Origin: an uncultured bacterium
Lineage (GTDB): Bacteria > Pseudomonadota > Gammaproteobacteria > GCA-001735895
Assembly: GCA_965370015.1 (NCBI GenBank)
Contig: CBDUSZ010000003.1
Coordinates: forward strand, 1-44,240
Direction: 5' to 3'
Length of the DNA: 44,240 nt
The notes below the pieces were generated by a model. It did not search any database, was not told where the DNA came from, and worked only from the letters and a program-made list of their open reading frames with translations. A program made the translations under genes and the position numbers. This document shows positions 30,750 through 39,413 of the stretch, in pieces. Position 1 is the first letter of the stretch. Each line of letters starts with the position of its first letter.

Positions 30750-32093
30750 TTAGAAACGTGTCATGTCGGGACGACCGACCGTGTGTTGGGTTCCCGCCAT
30801 CGGCACCTGCGCACAGGCTGATGCTTCCAGTGTCAATGCAGCCAGATCTTCTGGCTCCAGTGAATGGATGTTGGTCTTGCCACAGGCGCGGGCGAATAAC
30901 TGAGCTTCGATAGTGAGTGTATGCAGGAAGTTATATACTCGTATTGCTGCCGAATCAGGATCGAGACGTTTACGCAATTCCGGATCCTGTGTCGCAATAC
31001 CTACCGGACAACGGCCGGTATGGCAGTGGTAGCAGTATCCAGCTTCAACACCCATTTCGTTCTCGAAATCAGCTTCCGGGATATCTTTATTGCAGTTCAA
31101 TGCCATCATAGCCGAATGACCGATAGCGACTGCATCAGCGCCCAGTGCTATCGCTTTAGCCACATCGGCTCCGTTACGGATACCACCGGCATATATCAGG
31201 GTAATTTCTCCAGATTTGCCGACATCATCAAGCGCCTGACGCGCCTGGCGAATCGCCGCAATACCTGGAATGCCCGTTTCTTCAGTTGCCAGGTGAGGGC
31301 CAGCACCGGTACCACCTTCCATACCATCGATATAGATCGAATCAGGACCAGTCTTTGCGGCCATACGCACGTCGTCGTAGACCCGCGCCGCACCCAGTTT
31401 TAACTGAATTGGGATTTGGCCATCGGTGGCTTCACGTACTTCCTGAATTTTCAGCGCCAGATCGTCCGGGCCCATCCAGTCAGGATGGCGCGCCGGTGAA
31501 CGCTGATCAATACCGGCAGGCAGCGAGCGCATTTCAGCCACCTGGTCGGTGACTTTTTGTCCCATCAAGTGACCACCGAGACCCACTTTACAGCCTTGCC
31601 CGATAAAGAACTCAACCGCATCTGCAAGTCGCAGATGATGCGGATTGAAACCGTAACGCGACTGGATACACTGATAAAGCCACTTACTGGAATAACGACG
31701 TTCGTCGGGAATCATGCCGCCTTCACCCGAACAGGTGGCAGTACCAGCCATGGTCGCACCACGTGCGAGCGCGGTCTTGGCTTCGTAACTCAGGGCACCG
31801 AAACTCATGCCGGTGATATATATTGGGATATCGAGTACTAGCGGTTTTTTAGCATTAGGACCGATGATGGTTTTGGTCAGGCACTTCTCGCGATAACCCT
31901 CGATAACGAAACGCGTCAGGGTGCCAGGCATAAAAGTCAGGTCGTCCCAGGTCGGTATTTTCTTGAACAGAGAGAAACCACGCATGCGGTAGCGACCCAG
32001 TTCGGACTTTATGTGGATATCGTTAATTACCTCGGGCGGGAAGATAAAGCTTTTCCCCAGGTGGTATGGATCTTTTTTTAATTTTTCAGACAT
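30750..32093 (-). CDS. FMN-binding glutamate synthase family subunit, MgsC-like (module B)
   Basis: GMSFGALS, SGEGG, GQGCKVGLGG, IDQRSPARHPDW, CYHCHTGRCPVGIATQD, ARACGK...LEPEDL. Confidence 0.9.
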   Translation of the reverse strand: MSEKLKKDPYHLGKSFIFPPEVINDIHIKSELGRYRMRGFSLFKKIPTWDDLTFMPGTLTRFVIEGYREKCLTKTIIGPNAKKPLVLDIPIYITGMSFGALSYEAKTALARGATMAGTATCSGEGGMIPDERRYSSKWLYQCIQSRYGFNPHHLRLADAVEFFIGQGCKVGLGGHLMGQKVTDQVAEMRSLPAGIDQRSPARHPDWMGPDDLALKIQEVREATDGQIPIQLKLGAARVYDDVRMAAKTGPDSIYIDGMEGGTGAGPHLATEETGIPGIAAIRQARQALDDVGKSGEITLIYAGGIRNGADVAKAIALGADAVAIGHSAMMALNCNKDIPEADFENEMGVEAGYCYHCHTGRCPVGIATQDPELRKRLDPDSAAIRVYNFLHTLTIEAQLFARACGKTNIHSLEPEDLAALTLEASACAQVPMAGTQHTVGRPDMTRF

Positions 32094-32123
32094 ATTTGTT
32101 CTCCAGGAGCTCTTACCAGTGCT

Positions 32124-32960
32124 TTAAAGCACCAGTTTTTTCTCACTAGGTTCGAGGTTGTCGTAATTCCACAGCTGCTTACCCGAGGTTAGCTTGACCA
32201 TGTTTTCTACGCCGCTGGGTGCTTCCAATCCGTAAAGCTCAAGTTTTCCGCGCAGATAGCGCTGATCGAGATCGGTCATCTCGGTTTCGACACAGTCAAC
32301 ACCGAGGCTGGCAATCTTGCCGGCCACATAAATCGTCCCGTCATACATCGAATCGCCGAGGTTATCTCCGGCATCACCAAGGATAATCATACGGCCACGT
32401 TGCATCATGAAACCGGTAAAAGCACCGACGCTGTCGCCAACGATAATCGTGCCACCTTTCTGGTCGATACCAACCCGGGCACCCGCCTGGCCTTTACAGA
32501 CCAGGTCGCCACCGCGTATCGCAGCGCCAAATAATGAACCCGCGTTCTTTTCGATCACCACGGTGCCAGCCATCATATTTTCCGCACAGGACCAACCGAC
32601 ACGGCCGCTGATACGGATATTGGCACCGTCGTTTAAACCACAGCCGAAGTAACCCAGGCTGCCTTCAAAATTCAGATTCAAACGGTTGAGGACACCCACA
32701 CCTAATGAGTGCTTGGCGCGGGGGTTTTTCACTGTAATCGTGCCGTGACCCGACTTCATCAATTCCCGAATCTTGAGGTTGATAGCCGTAATTTCCATAT
32801 CCGCGGCATCGAACTCGGCCGACTTGTCGATGTCGACTTCGTAGGCCCAGGGGTAAGTAAAATTCTCCTCTTCAGTTGCCGAAAAGAACATTTGCTGGCT
32901 ACGACCAGCCAATTGTTCCTCGTGCAGACCCATGTCATGGGATGTAGTTACGCTGCCCAT
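32124..32960 (-). CDS. GXGXG beta-helix subunit, MgsB-like (module B)
   Basis: HSLGVG, GSLGYFGC, AENMMAG, GFMMQRG repeats of the GltB C-terminal/FwdC fold. Confidence 0.88.
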   Translation of the reverse strand: MGSVTTSHDMGLHEEQLAGRSQQMFFSATEEENFTYPWAYEVDIDKSAEFDAADMEITAINLKIRELMKSGHGTITVKNPRAKHSLGVGVLNRLNLNFEGSLGYFGCGLNDGANIRISGRVGWSCAENMMAGTVVIEKNAGSLFGAAIRGGDLVCKGQAGARVGIDQKGGTIIVGDSVGAFTGFMMQRGRMIILGDAGDNLGDSMYDGTIYVAGKIASLGVDCVETEMTDLDQRYLRGKLELYGLEAPSGVENMVKLTSGKQLWNYDNLEPSEKKLVL

Positions 32961-33886
32961 ACTTTTACCTCCCCTTGATAAGGATCCCAGGTATCTATTT
33001 CACGTGGGAAAATACTTCGAATGGCCACTTCTTCCGAAGCCAGGCCGACAAATTCGTCGCTCTCGTAGAGCACCATCGGCTTCGCACCCATCACGTCTTT
33101 TGCCATGCCGAGCTGGTTACCGGTTGCCACCAGATAAGTAAATACGCCGTCAAGCTCATGGATCGAACGCGCCATCGCCGCTTCCAGCTCATCACCCTGT
33201 TCGATGCGATTAGCAATATAAACCGCGATCAGCTCCGAGTCACAATCGGACATGAAACGATGACCGCGGCGCTCAAGATCACGCCGATTAGTCCAGTAAT
33301 TGGTCAGTTGGCCGTTGTGAACCACCGATACATCGTTAAATGGGTAGGCCCAATAGGGGTGCGCAGAACGAATATCGACATCGGATTCGGTAGCCATACG
33401 CGTATGCCCGATAGCATGAGTGCCGACAAAACCATTCAGGCCGTATTGCGTGGAAACTTCGTCGGCGTCACCCAGGTCCTTGATCAGTTCCAGCGCGGTG
33501 CCAACCGATAAAATTTCAACCCCGTCGAGGTCTTCGATGAAATCGATCAATCGTTTCAGATCACCGTCAAATTCAAAGTGATAACGAAATGCATACTCGG
33601 TAGCTTCTTCACGCTCGGTGACTTTTGCGCCCAATTCCTCGAGACGCGCATCAACAGCTGCTTTACGTTCAATCACCTGTCGATGAATATCGAAACCAGT
33701 ACTCATTTCTTCCTGCTCGGCTACCTTGAAGCGTAACACCTGTACGCCTTTTTCCGGTTTACCGTAAAGTGCAAATCCGGTCGAATCTGGCCCACGGTGC
33801 TTCAATGCCTGAAGCATCTGGGTCATTTCGCTACCGATATCACTGCTTGCACCACCTTTCCAGATAAGTCCAGCAATACCACACAT
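32948..33886 (-). CDS. Class II glutamine amidotransferase, MgsA-like (module B)
   Basis: MCG N-terminus, HRGPDSTG, GHTRMATES, VHNGQLTN, DCDSE. 13-nt overlap with the next gene. Confidence 0.9.
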   Translation of the reverse strand: MCGIAGLIWKGGASSDIGSEMTQMLQALKHRGPDSTGFALYGKPEKGVQVLRFKVAEQEEMSTGFDIHRQVIERKAAVDARLEELGAKVTEREEATEYAFRYHFEFDGDLKRLIDFIEDLDGVEILSVGTALELIKDLGDADEVSTQYGLNGFVGTHAIGHTRMATESDVDIRSAHPYWAYPFNDVSVVHNGQLTNYWTNRRDLERRGHRFMSDCDSELIAVYIANRIEQGDELEAAMARSIHELDGVFTYLVATGNQLGMAKDVMGAKPMVLYESDEFVGLASEEVAIRSIFPREIDTWDPYQGEVKVWAA

Positions 33887-33964
33887 TAGAATATCCTCTT
33901 AAAATTAATAATTTGTTGTTGGGTAATTACCAGGCACAAATGCGCCTGGCGGCTATCAATCAGT

Positions 33965-35434
33965 TTATGGCAAGCAATCCAGGTACGTTTCCATGTCCCA
34001 ATCGGTGACTGTAGCGTTGTATCGCTCCCATTCATCGCGTTTGTAATGCTCGAATACCCTGTACATCTCGCCCGGCATCGAAGACTTGATCACTTCGTCG
34101 TTACGCAGTTCTTCGAGCGCATCACCAAGTGACATCGGCAACTTCTTGACGTTTTTACCAGCGTCGATAGCATCGTAAATGTTGCGCTCTTCAGCTTCAC
34201 CCGGATCAAGCTTGTTATCCATACCATCGTCAAAAGCTTTCAACAGCGCAGTACCCATCAGGTATGGGTTCACCATCGAGTCAACCGAACGGTATTCGAA
34301 GCGACCCGGAGCCGAAACACGCAATGCACAGGTACGATTCTGATAACCCCAGTCGGCGAAGATAGGCGCCCAGAAACCGGTATCCCAGAGGCGACGATAC
34401 GAGTTAACCGTCGAAGACCCGATCGAAGTCAGCGCACCGAGGTGCTTGATAACACCGCCAATACAGTGCAGGCCAATCGGACCTGGCGCTCGATCATCGA
34501 TCGAAGGATCGGGCATAAATGTGTTTTCGCCACCAACCCGGTAGGTAAAGGAACCTTCCATGCCTGCCAGGTCCTCGAAACCGAGCTTATTAACTACGTC
34601 TTCACCGCCACGCCATAGCGACATATTATGATGGCAGCCTGAAGCCGAAACGCCCATGAATGGCTTTGACATAAAACAGGCAATCAAATTGTCTTCACGT
34701 GCGACCTGGGCACAGATCTGGCGGTAGGTAGTCAAACGGTCCGCGTTACGCAGAACATCGTCGAACTGGGTATTCAATTCGAGTTGACCAGGCGCATCTT
34801 CGTGGTCGCCCTGAATAATATCGAGGCCCATTTGTTGAGAGTATTCGATAACTTTCATGAAAGTCGGGCGCAGTTCTTCAAACTGATCTATGTGGTAGCA
34901 ATTAGGCTTGGTTACACCGCCGTTTGGCTTGCCATCCTCACCACGCTTTAACCACATCATTTCTGGTTCTGTACCGCAACGCATCTCAAGACCGTGCTTG
35001 TCCTGAAACTCATTGTGAATACGACGCAGATTTCCGCGGCAATCCGAAGACAAAGCGCCGCCCGGGTTTTCCCGCTCTTCACGATTACGAAATAGTGTAC
35101 AGAACACACGACCGACGCGCTTGTCCCAGGGCAACTGACAAAAAGTTTCCGGATCAGGAATACCAATTAATTCCCAGGACTCCGCACCATAGCCAATATA
35201 ATCCCCATGGCGGTCGACAAACAGGTTTGCAGTCGATCCGTACACCAACTGGAAGCCTTTTTCCGCCAGTCGCTCCCAGTGCGCAGCGGGAATACCTTTA
35301 CCCATAATTCGTCCGGTGACCGAGACGAACTGGTAATAAATATAATCCACACCAGTTTGCTTGATCTTCTCGCTGACCTGCTTGACCAGGTCAGCGCGAC
35401 CAGGTGCTTCAACGTGCGCTTCTAAATCAGTCAT
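33965..35434 (-). CDS. Divergent glutamine synthetase-family gamma-glutamyl ligase
   Basis: GTEPE, DHEDAPGQLE, SKPF..SGCHHN, NSYRRL, NRTCALRV, FEYR...NPYL, and a C-terminal YLDCLP resembling GmaS. Confidence 0.9.
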   Translation of the reverse strand: MTDLEAHVEAPGRADLVKQVSEKIKQTGVDYIYYQFVSVTGRIMGKGIPAAHWERLAEKGFQLVYGSTANLFVDRHGDYIGYGAESWELIGIPDPETFCQLPWDKRVGRVFCTLFRNREERENPGGALSSDCRGNLRRIHNEFQDKHGLEMRCGTEPEMMWLKRGEDGKPNGGVTKPNCYHIDQFEELRPTFMKVIEYSQQMGLDIIQGDHEDAPGQLELNTQFDDVLRNADRLTTYRQICAQVAREDNLIACFMSKPFMGVSASGCHHNMSLWRGGEDVVNKLGFEDLAGMEGSFTYRVGGENTFMPDPSIDDRAPGPIGLHCIGGVIKHLGALTSIGSSTVNSYRRLWDTGFWAPIFADWGYQNRTCALRVSAPGRFEYRSVDSMVNPYLMGTALLKAFDDGMDNKLDPGEAEERNIYDAIDAGKNVKKLPMSLGDALEELRNDEVIKSSMPGEMYRVFEHYKRDEWERYNATVTDWDMETYLDCLP

Positions 35435-36114
35435 CTCTATACTCCAAAGGGATTAAATTTTGGTGATTCAATTTCAATCTTTAAGCAACTCAACTTACAT
35501 TTACTAAAAATAGATATTCTTCGATTCTGCTACCCGGCCTGGCTCCGGGGTAATGCACGACCAGATACCAGTTTTAATTTTCCTTTGAGGTCGGTTTCCC
35601 ATACAACTCAACTGTGCGCCATGAGTCCTTGCATTACGGTTGGGGAATTCGCCGTGCTACTAATTAATTATTGATTGTTGTACCAGCACAAGGCCAATGG
35701 TATACCCATATATTGATCCATTACAATACCTAATTCAAATTATTTTGTACAGAAGCTAATTTTTCAATCATTTTGCCAAACCAATTGACATTAAATCCGA
35801 TGCTTACATCTTCGGGAAGGGTCAATATAGTGCCATTAACTCCCCTTTTCCAGGCTTAAAACCTATGCCGTATATTAATAATAGTTGTTTAAATACAATA
35901 TATTACATACGGGTAGTTAATCTAAAATCTAATTTCCGCTGATAAATTAATGAGAATAGTTATATTTAGCCAATATGCTACAAGTGGTAGGTTATTCTGC
36001 AAATAAAATGATCGCTTTAACGCTATTAATGCTTGATTTAAGTCTCTATAAAATGTTATTTTGTACCAATTATTATACCAATCCAATAAATTTGGAACTA
36101 AGTGGGGACTCGAA

Positions 36115-36855
36115 ATGTCATCAAAGGAGAATAGAGGTCAGCATTCGTCTGGCCTCGAATTGAAATCAGGCGAAATAGGCAACAGGCCCCGTTTGGGAGT
36201 AACGACAGGCAACGTCGTGTCCAGATTACGTCGCATGATCCTTGAAGGCCAATATTCACACGAAGAACGTTTACCTGCAGAACGGAATCTAGCTGAGGAA
36301 TTCGAAGTTTCTCGGGGCACCATTAGAACGGTGCTGCAAATCCTCGAGGAACAGAACCTGGTGACACGCAAGGTTGGTAGTGGGACCTATGTGACACATA
36401 GAAAGGCTAGCCATCAACAAGATATCTCCAGTATCACTAGCCCATTAGAAATGGTAGAAGTGCGCATTTCCATCGAGCCTCAAATGGTACGACTGGCAAT
36501 TACCAATGCCAGTCATAGAGACCTCGAGGAGTTACGCAAGGCGCTACGCGAATGTGAGGATGCTGGTGCCAATGCGGAAAAATTCGCCAGTGCAGATACC
36601 GCTTTTCACATTGCCCTGGCGCACTGTTCCGGGAACAAACTGATGTTCTGGATTTACGAACGAATTAGTGAAGTTCGTAATTACGCGCAATGGCGCACAA
36701 TGAAATCCAAGCTGCTAACACCAGAACGAATCGAATTTTACAACAAACAGCACCGTGCTCTATACGATGCCATCGTCTCGCGCGATGCCAACGAAGCTGT
36801 CAAAATTATCAAGAACCATCTATATGGTGTCCAGGACGACCTGCTTGAAACTTGA
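36115..36855 (+). CDS. GntR/FadR-family (FCD domain) transcriptional regulator, divergent from module B
   Basis: LPAERNLAEEFEVSRGTIR, GSGTYV, ADTAFHIALA..SGN, QHRALYDAI. Confidence 0.93.
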   Translation: MSSKENRGQHSSGLELKSGEIGNRPRLGVTTGNVVSRLRRMILEGQYSHEERLPAERNLAEEFEVSRGTIRTVLQILEEQNLVTRKVGSGTYVTHRKASHQQDISSITSPLEMVEVRISIEPQMVRLAITNASHRDLEELRKALRECEDAGANAEKFASADTAFHIALAHCSGNKLMFWIYERISEVRNYAQWRTMKSKLLTPERIEFYNKQHRALYDAIVSRDANEAVKIIKNHLYGVQDDLLET

Positions 36856-36955
36856 CAGGCAGGTTATGCTCCATTTTTAATGTTCTAGTGAAGCTGTACT
36901 AGCCGCATAACAGTGTTTCGCTTCCCCAATAACCTGTCGGGATTATCCGCCAGAT

Positions 36956-37399
36956 TCAACGCACGATTAAACAGTTAGATTCGGCACTATTGGCAATCTT
37001 GCGTGAAACACTGCCCATTAGAACTTCCTTGATCTTACCGAGGCCACGTGTACCGACAACAATAATGTCGATATTTCGACGCTTGGCAAAACCTATAACA
37101 CTGGAAGCCGGATCGCCACTACCTATTGCGGTTTGTATGTTTTTTGCACCACCCTTTTGGGCGCGAACTTCGGCCTCGTGCAATATTTTTTCGGCCACCT
37201 GTCGCAGGATTTCCTCGCGCGCGTTGGCGAAGTCTTCCAGATCCGGGGCCTTCTTCATTAAGGCGGGTACCTGCATATCCCTGATAACGTGCAGAATGAG
37301 TAATTCAGCTTCGTGGCATGCGGCCATATAGGCTGCCATACTCACCGCACGATTCGACGCAGCCGAAGCATCGGTTGCCACCAGAATCTTTTTAATCAT
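36956..37399 (-). CDS. Universal stress protein (single domain)
   Basis: KILVATDAS, GDPA, VVGTRGLG...LMGSVS. Confidence 0.93.
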   Translation of the reverse strand: MIKKILVATDASAASNRAVSMAAYMAACHEAELLILHVIRDMQVPALMKKAPDLEDFANAREEILRQVAEKILHEAEVRAQKGGAKNIQTAIGSGDPASSVIGFAKRRNIDIIVVGTRGLGKIKEVLMGSVSRKIANSAESNCLIVR

Positions 37400-37469
37400 T
37401 TAGATTTGATGCTCGCTTGAAATTAATAGACATCCACTTCGAAAGCACTATCGAGTCCTGACCCAATGC

Positions 37470-37799
37470 TTACGGCGCGCTCTCGCGCGCTATCCGTATG
37501 ATCATCTGGTCGACGCTCAGCGCCATAAATGAAATGCATAACCCTGGTTTTAAACCCTTACCCAGGTCACTTTCCGACAAGGCCTCGAAAATCGCCTGAC
37601 GAGGGCGAATAGTAACAATAAATACAGCAATATCCAGCAGAGATAATACAACCCTCATGGTTTGATTAATACCGGGCAAAATGTGCGATATAACTAGCGC
37701 GGGCTAAATACCAACGCAGTGTTGCTGACCACCCGATAAATGACAAGGACAATCATTTTCATCACCGTTTAGCGCCACGAGTTTTATCACCTTCCGGGC
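37470..37799 (-). pseudogene. Collapsed remnant of a ProV/ProW-type (betaine/proline/choline) ABC transporter
   Basis: One minus-strand frame reads ARKVIKLVALNGDENDCPCHLSGGQQHCVGI*PALV (degenerate ABC signature with a TAG at 37704-37706). It continues directly into HILPGINQT...ALSESDLGKGL..GLCISFMALSVDQMI, which resembles a ProW C-terminus. Confidence 0.65.
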
Positions 37800-37983
37800 T
37801 ACTACAAAACATTAACCCTTTATCATATCGCTTATATGTAATTGAAAAGAAATGCTTTAACAAACCACAGACTATTTGCGGAGGCATACAACATCCTTGC
37901 AACTTTGTTCCTGAATTCGCCCGAGAATGTTATCCTCCGCCGATATCTTTACTGCCCATAACCGACTCGGCTATTCCACTATT

Positions 37984-39318
37984 ATGACTCCGATCACAGA
38001 CCAGACACCAATACAGTACGAGGCTGAATTACCCGCCGCTACCGATATCGTCGTTATTGGCGCTGGTATTATCGGCATTGCCACCGCATGGTATTTATCC
38101 AAACAGGGGCATAAGGTCGTGGTTTGCGAAAAAGGCAGAGTTGCAGGTGAGCAGTCGAGTCGAAACTGGGGCTGGATTCGCCAGCAGGGGCGCGATGAAG
38201 CCGAACTTCCGATTATGATGGAAAGTATGCGTATCTGGGAAAACCTGGCCAGAGAAATTGGTAAAGATGTCGGATTTCGTCGAGAAGGTAGCCTTTACCT
38301 GTTTAACAGCGAATCTGAAACTGCGCGTTATGACCATTTTCGCTCATTTGCACCGAATTACGGATTGCAAAGCGAGCTAATTGACGCTAGCAAGTTATAT
38401 GGGTTAGTCAAAAATTGTCCTGAACACTGGGTATCAGCCTTACATACCTCCAGCGATGGACGCGCCGAACCAGAAATAGCAGTTACCGCCATTGCCGACG
38501 CTTGCGTACGCAATGGCGTAACTATTATCGAAAATTGCGCAGTCCGTACCGTTTCAGTCGCCAACCGGGAAATTGATGGCGTATTCACCGAAAACGGATT
38601 CCTCAAGTGTTCATCGGTTGTCTGTTGCGGTGGTGCCTGGAGCTCTAGCTTTCTAAATAACTGCCAAATCCACCTGCCACAACTAGCAATCAAGGCCAGT
38701 GTAATCAGTACCGCCAGCGCACCCTTGATATTCGCCGGGAATGCGTCTGACCAACAACTAGCTTTTCGTCGCAGGGAAGATGGCGGTTACACGATCGCCA
38801 TGACCGATTACCTCGAGGTCTTCCCATCGTGGCATGGATTGCAGTTGTTGGGGAAATTTCTACCCCTTTTGCGTACGGCTTATAAGAAAATTAAAATTCG
38901 CTTAAACGGCGGGTCGCAAGAGCAATATTACACCGGGCGATCCTGGAGTGGTGAGGACACAACCGCGTTTGAAAAAAGCCGCGTGTTAAATCCCGTGCCA
39001 ACAAATAGAGCAATAAATCGGCTCAGATCGATTCTCGATAATCGCCTGCCGATTCTAAAAAATATTGCCATCAAACAGAGTTGGGCTGGCATGATCGACG
39101 CGACACCCGACGCAGTACCGGTAATGGATGCTGCACCAGGCGTGAACGGGTTGTTTGTTGCCAGTGGTTTCAGTGGCCATGGATTTGGAATTGGTCCAGC
39201 CGCGGGTAAGATAATGGCTGATCTGGTGCAGAATAATAATATCGAATATGATTTGTCGCGGTTTCGATTCTCGCGCTTCAGTGACGGCAGCACACTGAAG
39301 CTCGGTCCTTCGATATAG
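37984..39318 (+). CDS. FAD-dependent oxidoreductase, D-amino-acid oxidase/dehydrogenase (DAO) family
   Basis: VIGAGIIG, EQSSRNWGWIRQQGRD, WAGMID.TPD, GFSGHGFGIGP. Confidence 0.9.
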   Translation: MTPITDQTPIQYEAELPAATDIVVIGAGIIGIATAWYLSKQGHKVVVCEKGRVAGEQSSRNWGWIRQQGRDEAELPIMMESMRIWENLAREIGKDVGFRREGSLYLFNSESETARYDHFRSFAPNYGLQSELIDASKLYGLVKNCPEHWVSALHTSSDGRAEPEIAVTAIADACVRNGVTIIENCAVRTVSVANREIDGVFTENGFLKCSSVVCCGGAWSSSFLNNCQIHLPQLAIKASVISTASAPLIFAGNASDQQLAFRRREDGGYTIAMTDYLEVFPSWHGLQLLGKFLPLLRTAYKKIKIRLNGGSQEQYYTGRSWSGEDTTAFEKSRVLNPVPTNRAINRLRSILDNRLPILKNIAIKQSWAGMIDATPDAVPVMDAAPGVNGLFVASGFSGHGFGIGPAAGKIMADLVQNNNIEYDLSRFRFSRFSDGSTLKLGPSI

Positions 39319-39413
39319 TGGCGAAGCGATGTTTATCGTTTATAGTATCCCTGCCTGCTACGACTGAGTTCGGAACATAACCGGGACTTCTTCTATCATT
39401 GGATACGCCTTAT

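Noticed and set aside
35763-35835. Sigma54-like sequences on the minus strand (TGGCAAAATGATTGA, TGGCACTATATTGAC)
   Set aside because: The -12 GC is absent or mis-spaced, and no enhancer-binding protein is seen in the window.
37984-39318. DAO-family oxidase as MgdA/SoxB
   Set aside because: No partner delta, alpha or gamma subunits are adjacent, and the SSRNWGW motif fits stand-alone DAO-family enzymes.
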